Assembly (NCBI RefSeq): GCF_902713615.1
Contig: NC_052150.1
Coordinates: 21,042,000-21,105,999, forward strand
Length of the DNA: 64,000 bases
Reading direction: 5' to 3'
Source: Scyliorhinus canicula
Taxonomy: Eukaryota
The notes beneath the pieces were generated by a model, which was given only the letters and a program-made list of their open reading frames with translations, was not told the DNA's origin and did not search any database. Made by a program: the position numbers and the translations under genes. Of this stretch, positions 11,693 through 23,875 are shown in pieces (positions within the stretch are counted from its first letter, which is position 1; every line of letters begins with the position of its first letter).

Positions 11693-12433
11693 TGACTAAT
11701 TTTAGTAAATATGTTTTGGATGCCAACGATGCATCCCCTCACCCAACACGTGACCTGGTCAATGTCTCATCAATTACATTGTTAAAGTTGGTTAATGTCA
11801 ATTACATTATTAAGGGAAAAAGCTGATTGGTCTTTGAACACATATAACTAGGGGATAGCTGGGACACTGGATAGAGGTGAGGAGTGTTGACACTGAACAA
11901 AATCAATAAACCCTCTCAGCAAGGAAAAGCTCTGACTCTTAGGTTTGACAGCAACTAGTGTGGATTGTGTCAGCAGCCTCAATAACAACTTTCCCTTTGC
12001 CTGCATTAGCAGGTGAATGTTGTGGCCCCCTCATTCCGCTCTTTTGTATTCAGTGAGCACTCAGTTCTCAGGTACAAGGGCAAGATAGCAGGTGGGGTCT
12101 CTGTCCACTGCATATTACTGTGTGTGTTTCTGAGGATTTAGTAGGGAAGTTGAGAGTGCCTGCTATTGAAATAGGCACAGTCAGATAGCATGCGTGTGAA
12201 TGAGGTAAGAGGGCTTTTAGCTTCAGTTGTCTACAGGGAGGATTCCCCAAGGGTTCCAGGAGAAATGAATTTTAAGCCTTATACTTGTACCCCATGCACC
12301 CTTCACCCCATACCAGAATGTTTCCTCTTTGGGGGGGGGGGGGGGGGGGGGAGACAAGAATTAGGGGGCACAATTTGAAAATATGAGGTTTCCCATTTAA
12401 GTCAGAGTTGAGGATCTTAGTCTGTGGAATTCT

Positions 12434-13168
12434 GGGCAGAATTCTCCACTCCCCATGCCGGGTGGGAGAATCGCGGGAGGGTCGGGCGACTCACGACATG
12501 CCGCCCTGCACCCCCCGCGATTCTCCCAGCCCCCGCTCGGATGAATCGACGCTCGCCGTTTTTCACGGCGACCAGCGATTCTCCGGCCCGGATGGGCCGA
12601 GCGGCCTGACGTTCCCAACCAGTTCACGACGGCGGCAACCATACCTGGTCGCTGCCGTCGTGAACATGGCGCCAAGTCTTCGTTTGTGGCTTGTGGGGGG
12701 CGGAGAGGGGAGTGAGCACCATGGCCGTGCTCGGGAGAGGACTGGCCTGTGATTGGTGCCCACCGATCGTCGGGCCGGCGTCTCCAAGGGACGCACTCTT
12801 TCCCCTCCGCCGCCCCGCAAGATCAAGCCGCCACGTCTTGCGGGGCAGTGGAGGGGAAGACGCCAACCGCGCATGCGCGGGTTGGAGCCGGCAGCCGTCA
12901 TGACGTCAGCCGCGCATGCGTGGGTTGGAGCCGGCCAACCTGCGCATGCGCGGCTGACGTCACTTAGGCGCCGCCGTCGCGTCATTCTCGGCGCGCCGCC
13001 TTGACGCAAGAGTCAAGGCCCGGCGGCCGAGATTTACGGAGCGCCGCTCCTAGCCCCCTTGGGGGGGGGGTGAATAGGGTGCGAGGAGCGGCCTCCAAGG
13101 CCGTCGTGAAACTGGGCCGAGTTCACTATGGCCTTCCCGATGCCGCGCTGGAACGGGGAATTCCGCCC
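12434..13168. mobile_element. GC-rich Harbinger-type MITE (735 bp) inserted in a CR1 3' fragment (about 12300-13365)
   Basis: TIRs GGGCAGAATTCTCC / GGGGAATTCCGCCC and TCT/ACT flanks. Colinear with the copy at 21051-21614. Confidence 0.85.
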
Positions 13169-13404
13169 ACTGTTCCCCAGAGAGCAGTAGAGGCTCGGTC
13201 ATTGACTTTATTCAAGGCTGAGTTAGTGTTTGGTAGACACGGGAGTCTAAGTTTAAGGCAGGAAGACAGGAAAGTGGAGCTGAGGGCATAATTCAATTTT
13301 ATCGAATGGTGCTAAGTTCGAAGGGCTGAATGGCCTACTCCTGCTGCTAAGCCTTATATGTTCTTAGGATTCAAAGTCACCCTTCAACCAAACAACCACA
13401 ACGG

Positions 13405-13590
13405 ATAAGATAGTTATTCATCTCATTGCTCTTTGTGTAACCCTGCTAAATGAAAGTTGGCTGCCTCCTTTCCCATATAACAACAGTGGCAAAAGTTTTG
13501 AAAGCATTTCATTGGCATTGGTTGAGAAGCATTTTAGGGTGTGCTGTGTTTACGGGTGATAGGTGCAATAAATAGAGGCTTTTTCTTTTT
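13405..13590 (+). mobile_element. DeuSINE (SacSINE1/AmnSINE1-like) 3' remnant
   Basis: ATCTCATTGCTCTTTGTG...TTGGCTGCCTCCTTTCC...ACAACAGTG...TTCATTGGC matches the recalled Deu-domain end and tail. Confidence 0.65.
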
Positions 13591-13829
13591 TCATCATTCT
13601 AACCTTTTCAATGGCACCTCTAAAACTCTGAACTTGGACGAGTTGCCAATTGTCACACCAATAAAGATTATTATTATTATTACTTACAAATATCTCAGAA
13701 TCTGATTGGGCCATACTTTGACTTTAATTCCCACGTTGACATTTTACAAGCTAAGGCTAGGTTTAGACTTGGTTTTCTGTACAGCAATATGTTCTGCTGT
13801 ACTCACACTACCAGGTGCACCATAGTTCA

Positions 13830-14537
13830 GGCGGGATTCACCGAGCCCCCGCCGGGTCGGAGAATCGCCGGGGGGGGGGGGGGGCGGCGTGAATCCTACC
13901 CCCACCGGCTGCCGAATTCTCCGGTGCCAGGATTTTGGCAGGGGCGGGAATTGCGCCGCGCTTGTCAGCGGCCGGTGGCAGTGCCTCCCCTGGCGATTCT
14001 CCGGCCCGTGATGGCCCGAGTGGCCGCCTGTTCTCGGCCGGCATAAATCACAACAGGTCCTTACCGGCGGGACCTGGCTCCACGGGTGGGTGGCCTGCAG
14101 AGTCTCGGGGGGGCGGGGGTGATCAGGCCCCGGCGGGGGCTCCCACAGTGGCCTGGCCCGCGATTGGACCCCACCGATCCGCGGGCGGGCTTGTGCCGTG
14201 GGGGCACTCTTTCCCTCCGCACCGGCTGCTGTCAACCTCCGTCCTGGCCGGTACGGAGAAGAACTCCCCTGCACATAGGCTGCGATGACGCCAGCACCTG
14301 CTGGCGCTCCCGCGCATACGCCAACTCGCGCCGGCCGGCGGAGGCCCTTCGGCGTCGGTTGGAGTGACGACAAGCCCCTTCCCTGCCGGCTGATGCGGCG
14401 CCAAACACTCCGGCGCCGGCCTAGCCCCTGAAGATGCGGAGGATTCTGCATCTTCGGGGCGGCCCGATGTCGGAGTGGTTCATGCCACTCCTCGGCGCCG
14501 GAGTGGCCCACCCCACCGGTTCGTGAAGAATCCCTCC
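13830..14537. mobile_element. GC-rich Harbinger-type MITE
   Basis: GGCGGGATTCACC...GAAGAATCCCTCC degenerate TIRs and GGAGAATCGC subterminal motifs. Confidence 0.8.
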
Positions 14538-14780
14538 ATCCTGCCCTTTTTTGATGCGGTGACCTCTTTTACAAAATGGTTTCCAAAATTTCTCTTGGTG
14601 AGTTCGTCGTCCTCTTTCACTCTGAGATTAAATTTGTGACTGGTGCCCCCCTTACATACCCGCCACTGTGACCTGTACCCCCTGATTAACCGGCCCTCAT
14701 CGCACACAAGGTCCCAATTCCACTTCTTTCTGTTAATTTATCGAACCTTGCTGGGGAAAACACACGCCTATTTGAAAAGT

Positions 14781-15125
14781 TAGCATAGTGATTAGCACAG
14801 TTGCTTCACAGCTCCAGGGTCCCAGTTTCGATTCCCGGCTGGGTCGCTGTCTGTGCGGAGTCTGTGCGGAGTCTGCACGTCCTCCCCGTGTGTGCGTGGG
14901 TTTCCTCCGGGTGCTTCGGTTTCCTCCCACAGTCCAAAGATATGCGTGTTAGGTGGATTGGCCAGGCTAAATTGCCCTTAGTGTCCAAAAAGGGTAAGTG
15001 GGGGTTAATGGGTTACGGGGATAGCGTAGATACTTGGGCTTGAGTAGGGTGCTCTTTGTAAGGGCTGGTGCAGTCCCGATGGGCTGAATGGCCTCCTTCT
15101 GCACTGTAAATTCTAAATTCTATGA
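14781..15125 (+). mobile_element. HE1-like V-SINE with CR1-derived tail
   Basis: Head, V-domain (with an 11-bp internal duplication TCTGTGCGGAG) and tail GAATGGCCTCCTTCTGCACTGTAAATTCT. Confidence 0.9.
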
Positions 15126-16387
15126 TCAAATTGGTCATCCCAGGAGTGAGCGCAGTCTTCGGTCGTGATTCATTTCAATTAGCGGCTGCCTGTGACTGGA
15201 ACCAGCTTCAACTGAAGCTGAGGCTGAGGGATTTTAGTACCGAGGACGCCTTTCGCCGAAGGGCTCTGTTGACTCATACTCGTATTTGCTAAACAGTTAA
15301 TTCTCTTTCACTGCTAATTTGTATTTTGCAGTTTGTAGTGTTTAAATGAATTGAATTGTTATGTAATTTCTGTTGCTGTGGCATTAGCCTCTTGGCCAGG
15401 GTCGATATTGTAAATGAGAAGTGGTTCTCAGTTGACTCACTGGCTAAATAAAAATTGAATTATTAAAATAAATAAGTTACAAGGAGGATCATATCCGGTT
15501 ACAGTCTGGACATTTAAGTGAGAGGTACCCATTCAGTTAAGAAAATTAAGGGGATTAAGCAATAGAGGCTCTCAACGCGATGCGGTGTCATCTATTACTC
15601 TATGAACTTAGGGGTAAAACAGGATGGTTTATTACATTGATGCTTTGCTATCATGCCAAACTGGGTCCACATGGTATGCCGGAGTGAATTTGATCCACAC
15701 AGCTTTTTGAAATGAGCCCGTAGCATAATATTTATTGCCGTTGTCAATTTCACAAGGAGATTCAGAGATATATGTGTCAATGACCTTTGCCAGAGATCAT
15801 CACGCAATTTTCTACTCGAGTTGCCCTGTTGCCCCGATATTAAAACACAGCCTTGCCTCAGAGAGCTCCTCAGTAAAGCATGTTATAGCACATGGCGCCT
15901 TGTCTCTACCCAGCCAGTCAACCAGTGGTGGTAGGCTGACTGAGCCCAACAATCGCATTAAAACGTGTTTGGAAAAGTGTCCGCCTTATGTTTTACATCC
16001 TGTCTCCTATGTATTCAACAAAAATGAAGTTTGGAATTTGTGTGGCACAGTACAAGAGAAATGGAGACCACCGATGGATGTGGATTAGCTCATTCTTCTG
16101 AAGCTGGCTACTTTCCATTCAGTTCCTTGCATTTGTGTGCGTCACTTGATGCTACTGCTGAAGTGAAAGAGATTACACATCCTAATCAAACTCAAAAGCA
16201 CTGTCGCACTACAACCGCAAATTTGCATTTGAACCCATAAGCATGGAGTTTGTTGACTCTGTTCTGAATTTGTGGAATGTGAACACTTAGCTCAAGAACC
16301 AGAATTTAAAGTTGAATCTGCAAGAAACCGATGTGAATAGGTCCAAAGTTTTTTAACAATTGGATTCGAAGCCCGAGATTTTCAGGA

Positions 16388-16480
16388 GCAAAGCAAAATG
16401 CTGACGATGCTGGAAATCTGAAATAAAAGCAGGAAAACTCAGCAGATCTGACAGCATCTGCGGAGAGAAAAGCAGCACCA
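16388..16480 (-). mobile_element. Penelope-like element terminal fragment
   Basis: AAAATGCTG..GATGCTGGAAATCTGAAATAAAA...CTCAGCAGATCTGACAGCATCTG. Related pieces occur at about 30640, 32615-32748 and 57222-57320. Confidence 0.55.
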
Positions 16481-16514
16481 TATTGACTTTCTCTACCCAC
16501 AGCCAATGGTCATC

Positions 16515-16965
16515 TGGGACTACGGCCACTAGGAGCAGCGATCCCCCAATCCACAGGGGGCCAGCACGGCACTGGAGCGCTTCACGCAGCTCCAGCTGCC
16601 GATATGGGTCTCAGCACAGCCAGCGCGGGTCCCGCATACGTGTGGGTTGCCGTCTCCGCACCCCCCCCCCCCCCCCCCCCCACGCAACATGGTGTAGACC
16701 TACAGGGGCCCTGCGCAGAGGAACATAGGCCCCCCCCTCCGGAATGAGCGCGCCCGCCGATCGGTAGCCCCCGATCGCGGGCCTGGCCACCGCGGAGGCC
16801 CCTCCCAGAGTTGGATCCCCCTCACCAGGGCGGCCCCCGCAGCCAGAACGCCGAGGTCCCGCTGGGTAGGACCACACGGGAATTATGCTGGCAGGACTCG
16901 GCGGGCACTCGGCCCGTCAAGCGCGGAGAATCGCCGGCGGGGGGGGGGGGGGGGGGGGGCGCGTT
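16515..16965. mobile_element. Internal fragment of a GC-rich MITE
   Basis: Shares CCGATCG..GGCCTGGCCAC and GGAGAATCGCCGG motifs with 13830-14537. Confidence 0.7.
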
Positions 16966-17789
16966 CAATATGCCCGAACAGGCGCCGGAGTGTGGCGACT
17001 AGGAGATTTTCACAGTGACTTTATTGCAGTGTTAATGTCAGCCTACTTGTGACACTAATAAAGATGATCATTATATCGTAAAAGTTTTTTTGCTATTATG
17101 ATTTGCTAAAAAAAGATGTACTCCCAGAGGCTTCTTAAGTTGAACAAACTTTATTTGCCAGGTTGCTGCAGAAACGATGGGCTGAATGGCCTCCTTCTGC
17201 ACGGTAGGGGTTCTATGATATTAGCTGTATGCGTTGAACCAGTCCATCATGCACTCTTCCGAACTAGAACAATCCCTCCCCTTGGAATGAGTCCCTGTGC
17301 TAAGTGTTGATTGATTGTTCAGACCATATGACTATTACTCAGTGAGTCTGGTCTTAAAGTGACAATAAATAGTACTTTGCTTTACAAATGTACAAAATTG
17401 ATGGTCAGTAAACAATGAGCTGCTCTAGCAAGCTTACCCCACATTCAGGAGCTACCTGTACTAGGAAACCTCAGCATTCTCCAAATACTACCTGTGGGAC
17501 TGCTGAACCAATACCAAGTGGCCTCAGCATTGTCACTAGAGAGCAGATAGGAGGGTAATGATTCAAGAACCCAGACCCTGCCACTCCAGTGTTGTTTATA
17601 TGTTGTGGGAAAGGGGCCACACAGCACCCCACCCAATTTTCTCTGCTGATATCACCTGATCCTGACTTGGTGCCAAATAATAAAAGAAAATCCGTGCTAA
17701 AGGATTGTGGCAAGACTTCAGTTTGAGTCTTTCGTAAATCTTGAGTGTTCATCTGCCCCAATAAAACTCCTTCTGCTCATGATGCCACA

Positions 17790-18200
17790 GCTTGCACAAA
17801 CATTCACTCCCTCCAACACCGACGCGCAGTCGCAGCCGTGTGTACCATGTACAAGATACACTGCAGGAACTGACCGAGTCTCCTTAGACAGCATCTTCCA
17901 AACCCATCACCGCTCGCATCTGGAAGGACAAGAGCAGCAGATTCATGAGAACACCTCCATCTGGAAGTTCCCATCCAAATCACTCATCATTTTATCTTGG
18001 AAATATATCGCTGTTCCTTCACTGTCACTGGGTCAAAATCCTGGAACTCCCTCCCTAACAGCACAGTGGGTGTATCTACACCTCAGGGACTACAGCGATT
18101 CAAGAAGGCAGCTCATCACCACCTTCTCAAGGGCGATTAGGGGTGGACAATAAATTCTGGCCTTGCCAGCGATGCCCAAATACAGTAAAAGAATTAAAAA
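17790..18200 (+). mobile_element. Non-LTR retrotransposon 3' end (second CR1/L2-group family)
   Basis: Decayed C-terminus TNIHSL..RR.VAAVCTMYK.HCRN...SFTVTGSKSWNSLPN...RFKKAAHHHLLKG. A second copy lies at 59140-59875 on the minus strand. Confidence 0.8.
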
Positions 18201-19699
18201 ATATGTAGACATTTATTGCAGTGCTACCATATTTTGTTTTGTAGCAGTGACATGAATCTCTCTCTCTCTCTCTCCCCCCCCCCCCCCCCCCCCCCTCCTC
18301 TTCTTCTACTTCTGGTCATGTCACTACACCTTCCCAAGCCACTGTTCAACACAATCCCGGACTTAAGAGTTGAAGACCTTCGGATCTTCAGGGCTACGTG
18401 GCTTTGGTAGTAGAGGGCATTCTGGGAGATGTTCATCATTTGGGATGACTCCCCACAGTCAACTGGTTCCTGGGGGGGAGGGGGGAGATTCCTCTGGATC
18501 ATTAGGCAACTTCTGTGCCTTGTCCATAGATGTATTGATCAATCAGTATAGCACTAGTTTGGGGTTACAGTATAGGGATTGGACAATATGTAAGAAGCTT
18601 TCCCTTGAGCTGAGCCACTTCAGTATTCTGGAAGAGAGGGTGACGAAGATCATTTGGTCTGCTTTGTCCATTTTACTCTTGATGTAACTTGCTCCCCTAA
18701 CGACTTGTGGAACAATATCAGAAAGCAGGGACAGATTGTTCAAATCAGTACGTTTCAGGCAGACAGCAATAGCTGCAAGCTGCATTGAGGATGGCGTCCA
18801 AACCTTTGGCATGGGGATAACTTTCTAAGACTGGGTTGGCATATTCAGCTGCTGAGTAGCACAGGGCAAGGATAGTCATCCGTAATGCCCTTGGGTCAGT
18901 TCAACATTCCGAGTTGGCCAGCTTTGTTAAGATGTTGAGCTGGATTTAATGCAGCCCGTCACTGCACAAAACATGGTGGCCGGATCCACTTCATCTCCCG
19001 TTGTCTCCCAATGATGGCAAAATCTCACCTTGATTAAGTCAGAGGGTGGAAGTTGCTGACATGAGATTCCCGAAATTCAGTGGCAGGATGTCAAGTAGGT
19101 TTCTTACTGAGCCAATTGATACTCATTATCCCTGAGCCCACGCAGGGCCAATCAGCTATCCAACGTATCCTAAAGGCTGCCCTGCAAACCTGTCGGGTTA
19201 GCGAACGCCTTCCTTGGTGCGGGTGAGGGGGCGGGGGGGGGGGGGGGGGTGGATGTTAACACTGGGGGCCCTCATACTCAGGCACTTTGTTTTTGATTGT
19301 GAGACCCAGCATCAGGAAAGGAGGGCTGCTGAAAGCCACCTCCTTGCCCTTGCCTCCAACTCCCCCTGTCCCCCATCGCCCATGAATGCCCGACCCTGTG
19401 AGCCCCATTTTGTCCTCAGTCACCTTTGGCTTTGGTTCCCTTGGAGAACATGGCCCTTCGGTGGATTCATTGCCACCAGTGCCCGCTCGTACTGGCGACA
19501 CGAAGAGCTGCTGATCTCTGATTGGATGGCAGATCTCGGCGGGCGGGTCTTGCACCCCCAAGGACCTCAATCACGGGAAAGGCCTGATGGTGGCTACTTA
19601 AGAGTCTGAAGGGCACTTAATTCCATTGGGCCTCCAAAACAAAACTTATGGTTCTCTGTCTGTGGGCAAGACCCCCATCAGTCCAATGAAATCCCAGCA

Positions 19700-20210
19700 A
19701 TTGTTTCTGGATGCCATCTTCGCCTTTACTTTGATGGAGTGACCTTTGATGTTTAGAGTGAAATCTAATGTTAATCTAAAGTAAACGGGATTAGAGTTGT
19801 CTGCCAGTCTTCCCCCACGTCAGCATATGTTAAGATGCCATTTTACATCTCTGCTTCTTGGATGTAAAGAACTGACCTGTGTCTTTTCCGGGTTGGCCGG
19901 CCGATGATTAATTGCACAGTAATGAGTTAGCTCAGCCGCTGCATTGTCAAGGGTCTTCACTCTGGATCTCTCTGTATCTTTCACCTCTAAGGATTTAGTC
20001 CAGGAGACTGGGTTGGAGACAAGGAGGGGTGGGTCACTGGGCAGAGATCCTGCCAGGATCTGCACGGATCTGCACGGCAAACCTACTCCAGAAGAAAATC
20101 GGTCAATTATTCAGCTGCTGGGCAAAGAGGGCCAGATTCGGTAGTGCAAACCTGGAGACTTGATTCACTTACACTCTGAAGTATACTTCATACTATCTGC
20201 AGCACAGAAA
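19700..20210 (-). mobile_element. Vingi/Ingi-like LINE RT fragment
   Basis: ORF 19820-20080: LDNAAAELTHYCAINHRPANPEKTQVSSLHPRSRDVKWHLNI, resembling the recalled Vingi motif L.ANP.KTQV.AFHLRNREA...L.I.W. Confidence 0.6.
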
Positions 20211-21050
20211 GAGGCCATTTTGTACACCACCTCCCGATCCCTCTGCTGCGCTCCATAATTTAAGTGCGGCAACGAAAATAACGGCAGATTATTGACACCC
20301 CACCCCAATGAAAAAGACGTTTGCAATGGAGGCGTGCAACTTACTTTTATAAATAAGCAATCTGCTTCACAAACAAAGCCAATTTCTCAGCTAGGTTTTA
20401 TCAGTCTATCCAGGAAACCCAGAACCTCTCATCCAAAGCTAACGTACACGATATGCGCCCAGGACTGATACTTATCTACCCAGAACACAATAAGAAAACT
20501 TAGCCCCTGATCCTTCAGTTTTAAATGTTACCAGCAGATTGCTAATGATTCGTTCAATGCGGGTCTGTTTGTAGATCTGACACAGTCACTTCTCTCTTCA
20601 CACGCTAGGATTCTTAATTTGCATGCTAGGTTCCCAGAAAATAAAAGATTATCAATCTACTGACGCATACCAGCCCGCTGTCACGCATTTTCTGGGAGTC
20701 TCACATTCTTTTTTTTCTTTTATATGAATTCTTCCAGTGGCTTCATAAACAATGAATCATTATTGCCGTTCACAATTGTGGCTTGGGGTTCTTTTTCAAC
20801 CGTGTTCTATCATTGGATTCTAACAAATTATAATTCCGCAGTCTGAAATCTGCTTTTCCTGAGCAGAAAGAGAAAAAAAAGTTGTGGCAGCACGACGGTG
20901 AGAGGAGAAAGGGTGCCAAAAGTACGTTTTGCTTATGCAATTTGTTCTGGAACTTTTAACATCACAATTAATATTGGCCCAAGATTAGGAATGGTACAGT
21001 GGAAAAGGATGGAGTGAAAATTCTTTTTAACCCACTTTCGTGCCTTCAGT

Positions 21051-21614
21051 GGGCGCGATTCTCCGCTCCCCACGCCGCGTGGGAGAATCGCGGGAGGGCC
21101 CCCCCCTGGCGCCCCCTGCGATTCTCCCACCCCCCGCTAGGAAGAATCGCCGCTCGCCGTTTTCTACGGCGACCGGCGATTCTCCGACCCGGATGGGCCG
21201 AGCGGCCTGCCGTTCGCGACCGTTTCACGACAGCGGCAACCACACCTGGTCGCTGCCGTCATGAAAACTCCGTGAGATGCCCGTTTGGGGCTTGTAGGGG
21301 GCCTGGTGGGGAATGAGCACCATGACTGTGCTCGGGAGGGGACAGGTCCGCGATTGGTGCCCACCGATCGTTGGGCCGGCGTCTCAATTGGACGCACTAT
21401 TTCCCCTCCGCTGCCCCGCAAGATCAAGCCGCCACGTCTTGCGGGGCGGCTGACGTCACATAGGCGCCGCCGTCGCGTCAGTCTCGACGCGCAGCTCCTA
21501 GCCCCGCCGGGAGGAGAGAATAGGGGGCGAGGAGCGGCCTCCGAGGCCGTCGTGAAACTCAGCCGAGTTGACGACGGCCCTCCCGATTTTTCCCGGGAGC
21601 GGAGAATCGCGCCC
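21051..21614. mobile_element. GC-rich Harbinger-type MITE, young copy
   Basis: Perfect 20-bp TIRs GGGCGCGATTCTCCGCTCCC and a perfect 3-bp TSD AGT/AGT. Confidence 0.92.
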
Positions 21615-21875
21615 AGTGTGTTTTGTGTATGAGGTCAATGCAAAATAATATAAAATTGTGACCAATTTACTGTTGCCCTTTTTGTGCCAAGACAGATTTC
21701 TACCCCATTGTGAATTAAGCGACAGCTACAGCATTTCTAAATCTCAATGTTCTTTACAAAGGGGAAACGTACACAAATTAGAGACAAATGATTGTCGCAG
21801 GAGAAGAAATAGTAAGCATCAAATGTCCCAGTGGGCGTGAGGAGGAAGCTATGAAACTTCCCGGCCAGATATGTT

Positions 21876-22215
21876 GGGGAGACACGGTGGCACAGTGGTT
21901 AGCACTGCTGCTTCACAGTGCTAGGGATTCGGGTTCGATTCTGGCCTGGGGTGGCCGTCTGTGTGGAGTTTGCACTTTCTCCCCGTGTCTGCATGGGGGT
22001 TCCTTTGAGTGCCCTGGTTTCCTCCCACATTCCACAGATGTGCAGGTTAGGTGGATTGGCCATGCTAACTTGCCCCACTAGCGTCCAGGGATGTGCAGGG
22101 TTACAGGGATAGGGTAGGATGGGCAGGAGAGTGGACCTGGGTAGAGTGGCTTGCGGAGGGTCGGTGCAGACCCGAAGGGCTGAACGGCCTCCATCTGCAC
22201 CCTGAGGATTCTGTG
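21876..22215 (+). mobile_element. HE1-like V-SINE with CR1-derived tail
   Basis: Head, V-domain and tail GGGCTGAACGGCCTCCATCTGCAC. Confidence 0.88.
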
Positions 22216-22639
22216 GAGCCTGTGGGACATGGAGAGGTTGGAGGATAGTCAGGTACAGGTTGGTAATTGGATGGAGTGCCTGAAGAACTGTCAGTGATTA
22301 TTGGCTGCGCAGACTCTGATATCCAACTATTGTTCAGTATGTCTCCAGACAATTGCCCACTGAGCCCCCTCATAGATGCTGAACGTTTACAGAAAGAAAT
22401 AGCTCATGGGCAGACTGGCACCTTCAGGGAGACACTTTCCATCCCAGATTCATCATGACATCTTATTTATTCCCGCACCAGTCAAGCTACATCCATACCA
22501 AGCTATTATTATTATTATATTATTATTATACAGAGTGAAGGAATTGCCCAAATACAGGGTATATTACTGGATAACAGAGAGCTGACACATAATGATGAGG
22601 AAACAGCTCTCTTCTCGGGACTGAACAGGATTAAAGCAC

Positions 22640-23110
22640 CAGGGTCGGAGGAGGTCCACTCGTCTGATTTCTGGGATTATTTTATGAAGAAAGGTTGGAC
22701 AGGTTGGGCCTGTATCCATTGGAGATAAGAAGAATAAGAGATGATCGTATTGAAATATAGAAAATCTGAGGGGACTTGACAGGGTGGATGCTGGGAGAAT
22801 GTTTCCCCTGGTGAGAGAGACTAGCACTAGAGGGACGCAATTCACATTTTAGGGGTTTTCTGCTTAAGAAGAAGACGAGGAGAAATATTTTTCTCCCAGA
22901 GGGCCACGAGTCTGTGGAACACTCGCCCCCAGAGAGCAGTGAAGGCCAAGGTAATTGAATACCTTTTAGGCTGAGTTAGATAGATTCTTGACTAACAAGG
23001 GAATCAAAGGGTGTTGGGGTTAGGCAAGGTGGTGCCGTTGAGTCCACAATCATGCCACCTGGTGGAGCAGGCGCGTGGGGTTGAACGTCCCTCTCCCAAT
23101 TCTTTGGTTC
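22640..23110 (+). mobile_element. CR1 LINE 3' fragment
   Basis: TATGAAGAAAGGTTGGACAGGTTGGGCCTGTATCC...GACAGGGTGGATGCT...TTAGATAGATTCTTG. Confidence 0.8.
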
Positions 23111-23875
23111 GTGTTTCCAGCAGGACAGGAGTAAGACGGAGAACCCGCTGCACCTGAGGAGCTGCAAAAGGAAATCTGTTTGCGTTATGAGGCCAAATTA
23201 CCTCAGGGAAGCTCGGTTTTGGCTTTTCAAAGCCTGGTCGCCCTTGAGCTAAGTGCAAAACATTACGCCTACTTGAAGCTTGTCGCGGTGGTTGGCTTTC
23301 ACACTTCAGCTGCGTGCTGTTACCACCTTGCTCTTGGTCCCCTCCTAATTTCCTCACTCCCTCTTCTGGACTAACCTGTTTGCCCTCAGCCGGAGTAGCC
23401 AACCCCACCCACATAGCAGGTGAGAGCCGCCCCTAGGAATGCACCTGGTGCCTGCAGCTCGCTGGCAATAAACAATTGAGGCCCGTGGCCCAATTTCCCA
23501 AGGTTCTGCCACCAGCTTCGTCTGGTACAGTGTGCACTCAAACCTATTTGGGCACAATCCAATTTCCAGGCCATAATCTTACTGTAAAGGATATTTGTCA
23601 CCATTCATTCAGCTCACACAGCACAAAAGGATTTTTTTTTTAAGCTTGATTTAGTATACAATTGAACTGCTAACAATCTCACTCTCCATGAAAAGGCTCT
23701 TTGTTCCAAATATAAGACAAGAATTCCAAATAGTCCATTAAATGGACACGACACGTTTGTGGATATCCACTCTTACAATGAACCAAACTCTGCAGCTTTC
23801 CAATGTTATTTTGGTGCTAACTTTACAAAAAAAAATGAGTAAACATCTATTAATTCTTTCTGAGGGGACAAGATA

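Larger units (their letters stand above)
13600..15476 (+). mobile_element. L2-clade LINE 3' part (RSg-1-like), split by a MITE (13830-14537) and a SINE (14781-15125)
   Basis: Decayed ORF pieces YKYL.I.L...FNSHVDILQAKARFRLGFLYSN, ILPFFD.GD..YK, RHCDLY.L, IYRTLLGK and LVIPGVSAVFGRDSFQLAAACDWNQLQ. Tail CTTGGCCAGG...TTGTAAATGAGAAGTGGTTCTCAGTTGACT...TGGCTAAATAAA. Confidence 0.8.

Noticed and set aside
13744-14511. 255-aa ORF and the many overlapping ORFs at 12.4-13.0, 21.0-21.6 and 39.4-40.2 kb
   Set aside because: They lie within GC-rich MITEs where stop codons are rare in all six frames, and show no protein motifs.
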